A stretch of 64,000 nucleotides of DNA from a virus: the IMG/VR virus record IMGVR_UViG_3300045988_173816, positions 1-64,000 of that record. One strand, 5' to 3'. The notes beneath the pieces were generated by a model. That model saw only the letters and a list, made by a program, of their open reading frames with translations, did not search any database and had not been told where the DNA came from. Numbering within the stretch: position 1 is the stretch's first letter; each line of letters begins with the position of its first letter. Of this stretch, positions 53,287 to 63,115 are shown piece after piece. The position numbers were made by a program, and so were the translations under genes.

Positions 53287-53565
53287 ATGACTGTAGCAGA
53301 ACTAGTCCAAAAGATTTTTGACGAACCTGACTTTGAAAACGATGGTAATTGTTCTGATTTCAGATTGGAGCGTATATCTGACACACTTAGTGTGCGTCTT
53401 GTTGAACGAGACTCTGACTTTATAGTACTTGAAGTCTTAAATAGAGTTAATAGAATTGGTAAAATTAAGCGTACTCACGAATTAAAAACGATTGAAGAAT
53501 TGGAATTGCATTTACGAAACATTCGAAAAGAGTATCCTAGTTTTAGGTTCCATTCTCGGTTTTGA
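53287..53565 (+). CDS. hypothetical protein (92 aa)
   Basis: ORF track; RBS AAGGTAGG. Confidence 0.7.
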   Translation: MTVAELVQKIFDEPDFENDGNCSDFRLERISDTLSVRLVERDSDFIVLEVLNRVNRIGKIKRTHELKTIEELELHLRNIRKEYPSFRFHSRF

Positions 53566-53583
53566 GTTTAGTTAGGAGACTTC

Positions 53584-55014
53584 ATGTTCGACAAATTAAG
53601 AAACTTAATCAAAGGACAACCTTCCTTTGATTTGTCTCTTTCTCGGAACTACACGGAAAAGGAATTACAAAATATTGCGTTACTCCTTAAAGATAACCCA
53701 GATCGACAAAGAGAATTTGAAAACCTTTATACTCAGTTTGGGATTGATACAGAGAACTTGAATTTGTTTCAACAAAATGCTGCAAAAGTGATTGATAAAT
53801 TAGATAAGTTTGTTTCTTTGTCTAAGAGTGCAGAGAATTTAGTTGAGCAATTAGTTGAAGAATTAGTTTCTCAAACAGTTATTTGGGACTCTACAAAAGG
53901 AGAGGTTTTACCTTCTCCTAAACCAGTGCGATATCTAGCAGATGCGAAAACTCTCGTTTCCTTGCAAGAGCAAGGTGTTCAGTTTAGTGGGTATATGTGT
54001 AAGACAGATATACCAGAGTCAAGCTCTAAAGTTCTTCTAAGTCAATACAACTCGTATGTAAAGACTGGGAACAAACTTTTCTATGACTTATTTAGACAAG
54101 GGTTGGACATTTTAGATTTAGACCCTTTTGTATATGAGTTATTAAACCACGACCCAAACACAATGTCAAATTGGCTCTTTGCGATTAAAGAGGTTGTAGA
54201 TAAAACTCAGTTCTTCAAAATTCCAAAGACTCGTATCATAAAAGTACCTTTAGCTTTATTACAAAGTACACGTGTATACGAGTTTCAAGATTTAAACCCT
54301 TTAAGTTTGGAGATTATTAACCGTTTTGCTATGAAGGTTTTTGATTTAGACTTGGAAAAAGATTACTTTATCAAAACAGGTACGTTCTCGTCTAAGTTTG
54401 ACTTTAGAAACGCCAAAGTTACCAAAGGTCAAGAAGTTTCAGAGCTAGGTTCGTACTTGTGGTTTATTCAACACCAAGCAAGTCAGTTCGCTTCTCCATT
54501 AAATAATAAAGTGGTTTATGGTGTTTCTTCAAACAATGAATGGGTGGTTCGTGAATTTATTGAGGATAAAGAAGACAATCCTACAATTTACAATGGTTTA
54601 CCTTTGCACACCGAATACCGAGTGTTTGTAGACTTTGATACAAAAGAGATTATCGGTATCTCCCCGTACTGGGAACCCTCAGTTATGAAAGAACACTTCT
54701 TAGACTTAGGTAGTTTAAATGATGTTCAAAAACAACACGATTACATCAACTACATCAACCATGAAGAAACTTTAATGAAACGCTACGAAGATAACAAAGA
54801 CCTAGTGGTATCCGAAGTTACCAAGTTGCTCAAAGATTGTAAATTGAATGGTCAATGGTCTATAGATATCATGCAAAATGGGTCTGATTTTTGGTTAATT
54901 GATATGGCCAGAGCTTCTGAGTCTGCTTTGTCAGAGTGCGTACCAAAGGAAAAATTAAAACAAGCACCGTTGCCTTTTATGATTGAAGATAGGTTGCTTG
55001 AACTAGGAGATTAA
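53584..55014 (+). CDS. hypothetical protein (476 aa), possibly ATP-grasp-like
   Basis: FIKTGTFSSKFDFRNAKV and WSIDIMQNGSDFWLIDMARASES recall phage R2K-type ATP-grasp proteins; weak. Confidence 0.3.
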   Translation: MFDKLRNLIKGQPSFDLSLSRNYTEKELQNIALLLKDNPDRQREFENLYTQFGIDTENLNLFQQNAAKVIDKLDKFVSLSKSAENLVEQLVEELVSQTVIWDSTKGEVLPSPKPVRYLADAKTLVSLQEQGVQFSGYMCKTDIPESSSKVLLSQYNSYVKTGNKLFYDLFRQGLDILDLDPFVYELLNHDPNTMSNWLFAIKEVVDKTQFFKIPKTRIIKVPLALLQSTRVYEFQDLNPLSLEIINRFAMKVFDLDLEKDYFIKTGTFSSKFDFRNAKVTKGQEVSELGSYLWFIQHQASQFASPLNNKVVYGVSSNNEWVVREFIEDKEDNPTIYNGLPLHTEYRVFVDFDTKEIIGISPYWEPSVMKEHFLDLGSLNDVQKQHDYINYINHEETLMKRYEDNKDLVVSEVTKLLKDCKLNGQWSIDIMQNGSDFWLIDMARASESALSECVPKEKLKQAPLPFMIEDRLLELGD

Positions 55015-55016
55015 AC

Positions 55017-55397
55017 ATGTTACATCGAATTGAAATTTTTAAGGAGCCATACTCCCTCGCAAAAGATAACAACTCAGATTTCAAATTAAAGTTGCTACAA
55101 ACTATTGAAAGTGAACACTTATCTACAGTTGTTGATTTCGGTATCGACTTCATGCGCTCAGAGTTTGAGTTTGCTGATTTGAGTGCTGATGATATAACTG
55201 TAGGTAGTTTTATATGTTCTGATCCAAGTGGCTCGGATAATTCTGTAAAAGAAGATGCTTTAAGGCTACTATATCAATACTTAGTAGGAGATTTGTACTC
55301 TTTCATTCTCATTACTTTTTATGATAAGAGGGTTTGGTCTAAGGTTTCTTATATTGTCAAATATGAAGAACTGATTTCTGAGGAAGTAGGTGACTAA
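55017..55397 (+). CDS. hypothetical protein (126 aa)
   Basis: ORF track; RBS TAGGAGA. Confidence 0.7.
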   Translation: MLHRIEIFKEPYSLAKDNNSDFKLKLLQTIESEHLSTVVDFGIDFMRSEFEFADLSADDITVGSFICSDPSGSDNSVKEDALRLLYQYLVGDLYSFILITFYDKRVWSKVSYIVKYEELISEEVGD

Positions 55398-55399
55398 CT

Positions 55400-55630
55400 G
55401 TGGTTTCCAAAGAAAGAAAATTTCTAAAGACGGTTGACTTATATTCTAGGGTAGTTGATGCAGGTTTAACTTGGGGTTTTACAGATTATGAAGAAGTTGC
55501 TGAACACAAGCGGTTAACGGGGTTGTTTGCAACTCAAATTAGTCGCCAAAATCTTTGTACAAAGAGAAACCAAAAGAGTACACTCGGTATCTCTCGCAGA
55601 TTTTTGCTTATGTTTTTGGTTATTTGTTAG
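55400..55630 (+). CDS. hypothetical protein, possibly the 5' part of a frameshifted gene
   Basis: GTG start behind RBS GAGGAAGTAGG; overlaps 55555-55890, which has no RBS or ATG. Confidence 0.45.
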   Translation: MVSKERKFLKTVDLYSRVVDAGLTWGFTDYEEVAEHKRLTGLFATQISRQNLCTKRNQKSTLGISRRFLLMFLVIC

Positions 55631-55890
55631 CTTTTTTGCTTGCTTTTGTTACTGCTTTTAGTATTGTTTACCTTTTTCTGATACACTCTGAATATTGTGT
55701 AGACAGTAGATTAGTTCAAATGCCTATTATATTTTCAGTTGCATATATTCTATTTTTGTCTTTTATTTTAGAGATGACTTACACTGATATTTATATGTGG
55801 TGGTTTAGGAAAACTTCTTTAAGCAAGAGAATTAGTGATGTTTTACATTTTGGTTATTTAGATTCCATTGACAAACCTAAGGTTTTATGA
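55555..55890 (+). CDS. membrane protein segment (-1 frame relative to 55400 ORF)
   Basis: Hydrophobic LSQIFAYVFGYLLAFLLAFVTAFSIVYLFL and PIIFSVAYILFLSFILEM; TTG start without RBS. Confidence 0.4.
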   Translation: MYKEKPKEYTRYLSQIFAYVFGYLLAFLLAFVTAFSIVYLFLIHSEYCVDSRLVQMPIIFSVAYILFLSFILEMTYTDIYMWWFRKTSLSKRISDVLHFGYLDSIDKPKVL

Positions 55891-55896
55891 TATAAT
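55868..55896 (+). promoter_or_regulatory. sigma-70-type promoter
   Basis: TTGACA, 17 nt, TGATATAAT. Confidence 0.75.
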
Positions 55897-55934
55897 TTTT
55901 AATTATAATAGAAAGATTTTGAAAGGTAATTTTT

Positions 55935-56576
55935 ATGAAATTGTTTAAAGATAGGTCTTACTCTGAGTTACTTGTAAAATATCAAGCGTTGCTAACTGAT
56001 AATAGTGCTTTGAATGCAGAGCGTAAAAAACTTGAACAGTTAACGGAGTTGATTAAACCAGAGGTTGAAAAAGCCAAAGAACTTGATATGATTGAGTTTA
56101 CAGTTGATGTAACTGATGTAAAAACTATGGAGTATGATTACTTGGGTATCATTATGGGGAAACTAGAAAGTCCTTATATTTACTGTAAGTATTTCAAGGT
56201 AAAGGATCGATTGTACTTGACTTGTGCTAAAGAGAAGTTTAAAGCTTATAAGCGATTAAGTCACTTGGAAAATTGGATGCTTCTATTCTCTGCTTTAATT
56301 GCATTGACAATTAGTCCTTTAGTTCATTGGATTATTGTTTGGTTGTTTAGAGGGTACTATGACACTTCTATACCTTATCCATTTACCGACTGGAATGCTA
56401 CTGTTACAGGTGAGCAAATAGGTACTTACATCAGTACTCATGGGTTTGTACCAGCTTTTACTTTCTTAGTAAGTGTAATAATCGGCATGCTTTCCGTATT
56501 GATTTTTACTCGTTACAGTAAGTTTAGTCCTTACAATAAGGATTTAATTTACTGGTCAAATGTTAAGAAAAACTAA
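55935..56576 (+). CDS. membrane protein (coiled-coil N-term, 2-3 C-terminal TM helices)
   Basis: ORF track; LLFSALIALTISPLVHWIIVWLF and FVPAFTFLVSVIIGMLSVLIF. Confidence 0.7.
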   Translation: MKLFKDRSYSELLVKYQALLTDNSALNAERKKLEQLTELIKPEVEKAKELDMIEFTVDVTDVKTMEYDYLGIIMGKLESPYIYCKYFKVKDRLYLTCAKEKFKAYKRLSHLENWMLLFSALIALTISPLVHWIIVWLFRGYYDTSIPYPFTDWNATVTGEQIGTYISTHGFVPAFTFLVSVIIGMLSVLIFTRYSKFSPYNKDLIYWSNVKKN

Positions 56577-56581
56577 TAAAA

Positions 56582-56602
56582 AGAGCAGTTTTGCTCTTTT
56601 TA
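56582..56602 (+). terminator. Rho-independent terminator
   Basis: AGAGCA-GTTT-TGCTCT followed by TTTT. Confidence 0.7.
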
Positions 56603-56604
56603 TG

Positions 56605-56633
56605 TTGACTTTTTCTTTTTATTTTGATATAAT
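56605..56633 (+). promoter_or_regulatory. sigma-70-type promoter
   Basis: TTGACT, 17 nt, TGATATAAT. Confidence 0.75.
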
Positions 56634-56660
56634 AAAGGAAATAGAAAAGAGGTTTTGGGT

Positions 56661-57005
56661 ATGGTCGTTTTAAGTACAAATCATATAAACAAACTGACTA
56701 CTTTGATTGAAGATAATCCTTTAGTTAAAACGTTTTCTGATGTAGAGCTGGTACTTACGCATTTATATGGTTCCAGTTACTTTTCTGAAGTTTCTAGTGA
56801 GATAGTGTCTCCAAAAGTTCAACTTGTGGGTATAGATACGGAGCCAACACCAGAGGTTTTGGTTGTTAAAACTTATAAGATTGACTTTGAGTCACAAACG
56901 TTTAGTATTAAAGTTGAGCAATTTGTTAGTGGTGGTGTCGGTAGGTTTTTATTGAACTTTATCTATGAAGAGGGTTCTGGAACTTACGTAACCACCTTGT
57001 TGTAA
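56661..57005 (+). CDS. hypothetical protein (114 aa)
   Basis: Start moved to the ATG at 56661 behind RBS AAGAGG. Confidence 0.65.
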   Translation: MVVLSTNHINKLTTLIEDNPLVKTFSDVELVLTHLYGSSYFSEVSSEIVSPKVQLVGIDTEPTPEVLVVKTYKIDFESQTFSIKVEQFVSGGVGRFLLNFIYEEGSGTYVTTLL

Positions 57006-57036
57006 GGGTATCAACGTTATTTAGGGGGTTAAAGGT

Positions 57037-57366
57037 GTGAAACTATATGCAATTTACTTAAATTTTGTGGATAACTTAGTTGGTACTTATAGCGCGAGAC
57101 ATTGTGTTTGTTTATCTACGGATAGAACGGTAATGGAGTATTTAGGTAGAAAGTACTTAAAGCGCACAAATAAAGATTGTTTTCCACAACAAATTTATAC
57201 TTTTGAGACTCTTGATTGGGATGAATTACAGGAGAAATTTGATTTAACACCACAACAAGTTCAATATTTTCTAAATCGTATGGATGATAAGATGATTGTA
57301 AGCGAGTTTGAGATGAACAACTACGATTTTAGTCTTGCTAAGCTTATAGCTCATTATGTTGATTGA
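57037..57366 (+). CDS. hypothetical protein (109 aa)
   Basis: GTG start behind RBS TAGGGGG. Confidence 0.6.
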   Translation: MKLYAIYLNFVDNLVGTYSARHCVCLSTDRTVMEYLGRKYLKRTNKDCFPQQIYTFETLDWDELQEKFDLTPQQVQYFLNRMDDKMIVSEFEMNNYDFSLAKLIAHYVD

Positions 57367-57379
57367 GAGGGTTTAGCTT

Positions 57380-57790
57380 ATGTGTAAGAAACGTTTGATT
57401 TTAGCTAGTTATTCATTGATTTACCTTAGTGTATTTAGTTTTACTTATTGGCTCACGTGGTTACAGGTTAGTCAAACAGAGGTAACTAATTTAGGTAAAC
57501 TCTTACTTATATTAGGTGTATTAACTAATTTTATTGTAATACCGTTTATGCTTGATGATTCTTATTTTGAGGGGTTGCTTGGCTCTTTTTCTCAAGAAGT
57601 ACAAAGTAAGTATAGGATTTACACTAATTATTTAGATAAAGTTTCATTGATTTTGTTTATTGGGTTGGGGGCATCTCTCTTCTTTGGAGAGTTTATTTAT
57701 GTACTCTTAACTAAGATTTTATTTTATGTTGCTTTAGGTTTTTATTTAAGTTCAAGCGCAGTAATTCTGCTAGTTTTAAGTCGAAAATAA
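57380..57790 (+). CDS. membrane protein (4 TM)
   Basis: ORF track; strongly hydrophobic throughout. Confidence 0.7.
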   Translation: MCKKRLILASYSLIYLSVFSFTYWLTWLQVSQTEVTNLGKLLLILGVLTNFIVIPFMLDDSYFEGLLGSFSQEVQSKYRIYTNYLDKVSLILFIGLGASLFFGEFIYVLLTKILFYVALGFYLSSSAVILLVLSRK

Positions 57791-57814
57791 TTTGAAAGAT
57801 AGGGGTTAACATAA

Positions 57815-57946
57815 ATGAATGAAGGTTATGTTGTAGTTGAGTGCCTTGTTTGTGGTAAAACAGAACAGGTTCCTATGTTTACGGGTGATACAGTAGAAGA
57901 TTTATACTGTTCAAGGTGTGAGTCTAAGGATATTGAGGTTTGGTAA
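57815..57946 (+). CDS. small zinc-ribbon ORF (43 aa)
   Basis: MNEGYVVVECLVCGK...YCSRCES, with two CxxC pairs; RBS TAGGGG; below the track cutoff. Confidence 0.6.
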   Translation: MNEGYVVVECLVCGKTEQVPMFTGDTVEDLYCSRCESKDIEVW

Positions 57947-57958
57947 AAGGAGTGGAGA

Positions 57959-58186
57959 GTGAATTTAGCAGTAAGTTTTTATAAATCTTTGAACTTCGGT
58001 AGGCGGGTTCAAATTATTCGGACTTTAGTACTGATTCAAGTACTTGGGTTTCAATTGATTTGGTATTTTGCAGCTACTCAATCAGTTCGTTTCTATTTAG
58101 AAACTTGGGTAGGTGCTTCATGGTTTGTAGTAATCGCTTTGTTGCTAGTAGAGATTGCTTATGAGGTAAAAACCTATGACGATTAA
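57959..58186 (+). CDS. small membrane protein (75 aa)
   Basis: GTG start behind RBS AAAGGAGTGGAG. Confidence 0.6.
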   Translation: MNLAVSFYKSLNFGRRVQIIRTLVLIQVLGFQLIWYFAATQSVRFYLETWVGASWFVVIALLLVEIAYEVKTYDD

Positions 58187-58325
58187 AGAGCTACATGAAC
58201 TTGCGGTATCTTTGAAAATTGAGGATTTTGAGATTTACGCTAGGGGTAATGATGGCGACTTTTCTTGTTTTTATGACTTAGATTATGATAAGTCTGGAAC
58301 AAATAAAGAAGTCTATTTATATTAA
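58176..58325 (+). CDS. small ORF (49 aa)
   Basis: The ATG overlaps the upstream stop region; below the track cutoff. Confidence 0.45.
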   Translation: MTIKELHELAVSLKIEDFEIYARGNDGDFSCFYDLDYDKSGTNKEVYLY

Positions 58326-58338
58326 GAAAGGAATAAAA

Positions 58339-58584
58339 ATGAAATTTAACCAAACACCTACCGTTATCGGTATTATAGACTTTGACTTTCCTACGCAAGA
58401 TAGCGTAGAGAATACTGTTACTGCATTTTATCATAGTAAAGTAGGTGTTATTTTACCTAATGGTAAGATTTTAACAAGTACGGTTGAAAGTTTGTACGTT
58501 CAAACGGAAACAGGTTTAACGTTCTTTTGGACAGCTCACAAAGACAAGCGTTACATCAGACGTAGTTTCAAGTCTTATCGTTAA
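58339..58584 (+). CDS. hypothetical protein (81 aa)
   Basis: Start moved to the ATG at 58339 behind RBS AAGAAAGGAA. Confidence 0.6.
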   Translation: MKFNQTPTVIGIIDFDFPTQDSVENTVTAFYHSKVGVILPNGKILTSTVESLYVQTETGLTFFWTAHKDKRYIRRSFKSYR

Positions 58585-58631
58585 AACACCTAGCGGTATC
58601 TTATAAAATCAATAAAAGTCAAGGTTAAACC

Positions 58632-58660
58632 TTGACTTTTTATTTTATTTTTGATATAAT
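58632..58660 (+). promoter_or_regulatory. sigma-70-type promoter whose -35 is the 3' arm of terminator hairpin 58619-58640
   Basis: TCAAGG-TTAAA-CCTTGA, CTTTTT; TTGACT, 17 nt, TGATATAAT. Confidence 0.75.
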
Positions 58661-58691
58661 AAAGATAAGAAAATGAAAGAGGTTATTCTTT

Positions 58692-59486
58692 ATGAAACAG
58701 TCATCACAGTTGGATCAAGAGATTAAAGAGCTAGAAGACAAATTAGGTTCTTTGAGAGCAGAACAACAACTATTAAAAGCACAAGAGAGTTTGGCAAGAG
58801 AGAAAGCTTCTAGTTTGCTTGAAGACGAAACTTTGAGCAATTTAATTCAAAAACTTCAGAATGAGCTAGTGAAATGTGACTTAGGTTTGGCTTTAGGTAT
58901 TGACTACAAGCGTAATTGGGTATTTATCGTTAGTGATCGAGAGTCTAAAGACGGTCTTTCTAGCTTTAAAATCTTAGACCCTAAAGATAAACGTGTATTC
59001 TTTGGTTTAGTAGAATCTTTTAACCAAACAATTACTTTTGAAGGTATCCAAACTTGGTTGCAAAGCTCCTTGAAATTGGTGGTTAGTTTATTGAAAATTA
59101 AAAACTTGATTTGTTTGAGTGGTGCAAGTTTAACTTTTAGGTCTTATGATAATGTTTTGGATAACCTACACTTTACTCTAAATGGTTTAGATTTAGTAGC
59201 TTATGAGTGTGTACTAACAGTAAAAAGACCATATACATTAGTTATGACTCGGTTGTTGAACTATGACTCTGAATTTTCAGATATTTATTTCTTAGGTGAT
59301 GGGGTATCGCTCCAAACACGGGCTAACTTCTACAATATTCATGATGACGGTTACCTCGGAAATTTTGAACAAAGATTATCTGTACATCAGTCGTTTACAA
59401 AGTTCAGCGAACTTACTAAAGTAGCAAAAGAGTTGGAAGACAAACTTATTGCATTTTATGAAGCCATAGAGATTCGATTTGAGTAG
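58692..59486 (+). CDS. hypothetical protein with N-terminal coiled coil (264 aa)
   Basis: ORF track; RBS AAAGAGG. Confidence 0.7.
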   Translation: MKQSSQLDQEIKELEDKLGSLRAEQQLLKAQESLAREKASSLLEDETLSNLIQKLQNELVKCDLGLALGIDYKRNWVFIVSDRESKDGLSSFKILDPKDKRVFFGLVESFNQTITFEGIQTWLQSSLKLVVSLLKIKNLICLSGASLTFRSYDNVLDNLHFTLNGLDLVAYECVLTVKRPYTLVMTRLLNYDSEFSDIYFLGDGVSLQTRANFYNIHDDGYLGNFEQRLSVHQSFTKFSELTKVAKELEDKLIAFYEAIEIRFE

Positions 59487-59511
59487 AATTAACTAACAGA
59501 AAGGACTTGTA

Positions 59512-60126
59512 ATGATTACAGAAGAATTGGACTACACAGATTTGAAGAGAGTTTTCTATGATGAAAATTCTCAAACTCCTAGTACACAAAGGTTTAATGA
59601 ATTACTTAAAGAAAATGATATTGACTTTGAGGTTTGTATTAGTAGAGAAGATAACCACTTATACATGTACACGGAGTTTCTAAAAAGACCATTATTTAAG
59701 TCTCGATATACCTGTGATGACAACTCTTGGGCATCCAACCAAACCAAACTCATTCCATTGTATAAAGTTTTAAAAACTTTTAGTTCTGATATTAAACATG
59801 GAAAGTTTGAATTTTCAACAAAATCTGAACTTGCCTTTGTTTATGCTAAAGAATTTGAAGTAAATTTGGAGCTTTTAGATAACGATGAGGTAAAAATTAC
59901 TCTTACTTATTACTACAAAAGAGGGAAGTTTTCTTCTTTCGATTTTAATGTAGGAGAAGGTTTTTTGACTGTTTATTCTACTGAGTGGAGTGGTTCTAAT
60001 CAATTTTGTTTTGGTTTAACTGAGATAGTGCCTTTGAGTGATTTTACAAGTTCTACACTTTATCATTTGAAAGTTAAACTCAAGACTAACTTAAAAGCTT
60101 TAGGGTATAATCTTTGGGAGGATTAA
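59512..60126 (+). CDS. hypothetical protein (204 aa)
   Basis: ORF track; RBS GAAAGGA. Confidence 0.7.
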   Translation: MITEELDYTDLKRVFYDENSQTPSTQRFNELLKENDIDFEVCISREDNHLYMYTEFLKRPLFKSRYTCDDNSWASNQTKLIPLYKVLKTFSSDIKHGKFEFSTKSELAFVYAKEFEVNLELLDNDEVKITLTYYYKRGKFSSFDFNVGEGFLTVYSTEWSGSNQFCFGLTEIVPLSDFTSSTLYHLKVKLKTNLKALGYNLWED

Positions 60127-60129
60127 ATT

Positions 60130-60939
60130 ATGAAAACAACAGAAGAATTGAGAAAAGAAGTAGAAAAGTTGAGACGAGAAGAGTTTGATGCTTGTTTAGA
60201 CTTTTCTCATGAAATTAAACCTTTAGAGGAGCAATTAAAGGCAGCAAAACAAGGCGATTTGCTTTTTGAAGATGTTCAATTACAAAGTAAACTTGCGTAT
60301 GTAAATGATTTACTCAGCAATAGCGGTATCCCACTTGTGGTTGCTCGCAAGTCTGATGTGTTGGGAATTACTTCAAAAGAACAAACCTTAAATGTTTATA
60401 AACAACTTGGTTTGTTTTTTAGAAATAATTATGATGTAGGACTTCAGCTCTTAGATTCTTTTGAGGTTGCAGAGTCGGTTGGAGAATTATTAGCTCAACT
60501 GAACTTAGTGGAACAACAACTAGATTTTCTAGGTTTCTTGTGTTCTTTAAATCCAAATTGGGAATTTCCACCTTACTTCATAGGTACGCTTGGTGAAGAA
60601 GTTTCCCTTTTATATTATGAATTGGGAGGTTTTCCAGTCATTGATACAAAGTTGCTTGTGTCTTATGACAAAGAAACTGACCGCTATACAGTTAAGCTCA
60701 AAAACCTGATAGAGTGGTTCTGTGAAGAAGATGTTGAAGTGCCTTCTGATACATTTAAAGATGTCAAAACAACTGTAGGTTTTAAGGACGTAGAGAGTTT
60801 GACTTTAACTGTTAGTAAAGAAGGTGTTCGCTCTACCGATTTAAAGAGCGCCTTAGAAGAACTGAAAGCTCGCTTGTTAGAACTCAATGAAAAAGGTAAA
60901 GACAAAGTACCTGTGCAGATTACCTTAGTTACAGAATAG
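60130..60939 (+). CDS. hypothetical protein with N-terminal coiled coil (269 aa)
   Basis: ORF track; RBS GGGAGGA. Confidence 0.7.
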   Translation: MKTTEELRKEVEKLRREEFDACLDFSHEIKPLEEQLKAAKQGDLLFEDVQLQSKLAYVNDLLSNSGIPLVVARKSDVLGITSKEQTLNVYKQLGLFFRNNYDVGLQLLDSFEVAESVGELLAQLNLVEQQLDFLGFLCSLNPNWEFPPYFIGTLGEEVSLLYYELGGFPVIDTKLLVSYDKETDRYTVKLKNLIEWFCEEDVEVPSDTFKDVKTTVGFKDVESLTLTVSKEGVRSTDLKSALEELKARLLELNEKGKDKVPVQITLVTE

Positions 60940-60953
60940 AGAAGGAGATTTAC

Positions 60954-61634
60954 ATGATTGATTTACTAAAAACAAAACCGAACTTGATTTGCGAGTCTGA
61001 GACTGTCTTTGATTGGTTAGAGGGTAAGCTACTCGTTACTGGTTCGCTACTGTCTTTTTTGGATGCATTAGAAGTTCATGATATACCTTACTTTGTAGTT
61101 CTAAATTTAGAGGGTATCGTCAGTCCTCCGACTTTTTTAACTGTCACTTTACAAAACCCTTTAGCTTGTTCTAAACGGACAAACCTTAACCTAGCGACTT
61201 ATTACCGTAGTCTCGAATCCCAAGAGGAAAGCTTGGACTTATTTAACACTTTAAGATCTTATGTGCCTTTGATGGAAGTTCTCTATACTTATAACAAAAG
61301 AAAACCAAATTTGGTTATAAATTACACTGAGATACTTCAAGGTGTAGTTACCATGAGTTACTATGACTTCTCAGTTCGTTTGACTCATGATTCTAAATTT
61401 GGACTAACAGATGTATTTGTAAGTACCTATTCAGACACGGCTAACTACTTTGAATTGAAAACTCAAGGTGCACAAGGTTCTCCATTAGTTGTTCAACTTT
61501 CTGTAGATGAACAAACTGAGTTAACGCTTACAAGTAAGAATAACTATGTACGTTTGAGTCTTTTAACTGAGACTTTGGACTCTATGTTCTCAGACCTTGC
61601 GCAGTACAAAGAAACGGGTCTTAAAATTGATTAA
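60954..61634 (+). CDS. hypothetical protein (226 aa)
   Basis: ORF track; RBS GAAGGAGA. Confidence 0.7.
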   Translation: MIDLLKTKPNLICESETVFDWLEGKLLVTGSLLSFLDALEVHDIPYFVVLNLEGIVSPPTFLTVTLQNPLACSKRTNLNLATYYRSLESQEESLDLFNTLRSYVPLMEVLYTYNKRKPNLVINYTEILQGVVTMSYYDFSVRLTHDSKFGLTDVFVSTYSDTANYFELKTQGAQGSPLVVQLSVDEQTELTLTSKNNYVRLSLLTETLDSMFSDLAQYKETGLKID

Positions 61635-61651
61635 AAGAAAAGGAAGTAAAC

Positions 61652-62353
61652 ATGAAACAAAAACTAAAACAGTTCGCCACTTCTCAGTGGTTCGATTTAC
61701 TAGGTGTAGTGATGGTTCTCACCATAGCAATTTCTGCAGGGTATCATACTAAATGGCTCAACCAGTTAGTTGATTGGGGTGCTTGGACTGTCTTCATTCC
61801 TTTTGGTTGGATTTCCGTAGTAAATGTAGTGATTTCTATGATGTCCACTCGATTTACGGGAAAATTGAGTAAGTTAGGAAATTATCTTGGAATTATCAAT
61901 GCAGTTTTGTCTGGTTTGATTGACTACATTTTGGGTAACAAAGCTGCGATTATCACTTACCCAGTAACTTTCTTGATTTATCTAGGGGCTATTTATTGGT
62001 GGGGTAAATCACAAGAGGGGAAAGCGAATACGTTGTCTAAAGCTCAACTTAATTGGATTGTACCAGTTATGATTGTGGGTTCTTTTGCCTTTTCTTATTG
62101 GACTAACTACTTGGGGTATCAGGGAAATATGAACCCTCTCGCTTATGTAACAACTGTAGCATTTGCTTTGTCTTTGGTGGCTAATGGTTTGAATGTACTT
62201 AAACTCACAACTCAATGGAGTTTTTGGTTGTTTTATAACTTCGTACAATTAGCAAAAGCACTTATTCAAGGGAACTTTGCTAATGTTGGTAAATATATTT
62301 TCTATATTCTGAATAGTCTTGGTGCTTTGTTTATTTGGAAGGACAGTGAATAA
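61652..62353 (+). CDS. pnuC: PnuC-like nicotinamide riboside/NMN transporter (about 7 TM)
   Basis: Multi-TM, Trp-rich pattern (WFDLLGV..., IYWWGK, WSFWLFYNFVQL) and a size typical of PnuC. Confidence 0.45.
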   Translation: MKQKLKQFATSQWFDLLGVVMVLTIAISAGYHTKWLNQLVDWGAWTVFIPFGWISVVNVVISMMSTRFTGKLSKLGNYLGIINAVLSGLIDYILGNKAAIITYPVTFLIYLGAIYWWGKSQEGKANTLSKAQLNWIVPVMIVGSFAFSYWTNYLGYQGNMNPLAYVTTVAFALSLVANGLNVLKLTTQWSFWLFYNFVQLAKALIQGNFANVGKYIFYILNSLGALFIWKDSE

Positions 62354-62354
62354 A

Positions 62355-62615
62355 ATGGGTGTTGAATTAGGTAAACAATTAGAAGATAAAGTAGTTATTT
62401 TAGGTAGGACTTCTGATGACTACTTTAAAGATACTCGTAAGTTAGATTTCTTGCTGGGACGTCTTTCTTCCCAACTTTCTTCTGAAGTTATTGATTTAAC
62501 TACTAGAAAGAGTGGGTTAGATTGTCTAATTGAATATAATGATATGATTCGAAAACTACATAGTAAAAACTTTGATTGGCTCAAGAATAACAGAAGTTGG
62601 ATTCGTAAATTTTAG
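62355..62615 (+). CDS. hypothetical protein (86 aa)
   Basis: Start moved to the ATG at 62355. Confidence 0.6.
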   Translation: MGVELGKQLEDKVVILGRTSDDYFKDTRKLDFLLGRLSSQLSSEVIDLTTRKSGLDCLIEYNDMIRKLHSKNFDWLKNNRSWIRKF

Positions 62616-62635
62616 AAAGGTAAAGGTGTTAGTTG

Positions 62636-63097
62636 ATGGTAGTAGAAGATAACTTTGCAGGTCAGCAAGACTTACTGTCTCAAAACTCTTTTTATATGAA
62701 CTTAGGTAAGGATAAGGTTGAGTACCTTTTTAGTTCTATGGAGAGAGCTAAGCAAGTTTCAAATCTTGTGGGAATAGCAGAAAGTTTAGGTTTAAAACAT
62801 TCTCAAAATTTTGTAGATACTCTTGCTATTCGAGTCAATTCTAGCTTTTATATCTCGCAAGATTTGGATGGAAATATTTATATGGTTGGGAAGTATTCAG
62901 ACTTCACCTATATTTCATCTGATACTATAAAAGAGCTAGTCTCAGAGGGGTATGACTTGGAGTTGGATGGTCTTCTAATTTTGATAACTACAAACAAAAG
63001 TGAAACTGAACGAGAACAAATAGAGTCTCTAAAGGCTTTAGGGGATAAGTATCCTCTTGGTTTTTCTAGGTTTAACTCTAATGTCACAAGTCAGTAA
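62636..63097 (+). CDS. hypothetical protein (153 aa)
   Basis: ORF track; RBS AAAGGTAAAGG. Confidence 0.65.
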   Translation: MVVEDNFAGQQDLLSQNSFYMNLGKDKVEYLFSSMERAKQVSNLVGIAESLGLKHSQNFVDTLAIRVNSSFYISQDLDGNIYMVGKYSDFTYISSDTIKELVSEGYDLELDGLLILITTNKSETEREQIESLKALGDKYPLGFSRFNSNVTSQ

Positions 63098-63115
63098 ATG
63101 GGTAAGGATATAGAT

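Noticed and set aside
54992-55004. 13-nt identity between array-2 spacer 1 (18056-18085) and the 3' end of ORF 53584-55014 (GGTTGCTTGAACT)
   Set aside because: Given about 180 spacer 13-mers compared with 128 kb of AT-biased sequence, a chance 13-mer hit is expected about once. The match does not extend further.
1836-62248. All minus-strand ORFs in the six-frame track (for example 1836-2261, 4629-4910, 10297-10545, 14802-15059, 25997-26299, 37002-38183, 49476-49787, 62009-62248)
   Set aside because: Each lies antisense inside a longer, RBS-preceded plus-strand ORF or inside a structured RNA region. They have no RBS, their composition is low-complexity or odd, and no promoter or terminator signals were seen on the minus strand.
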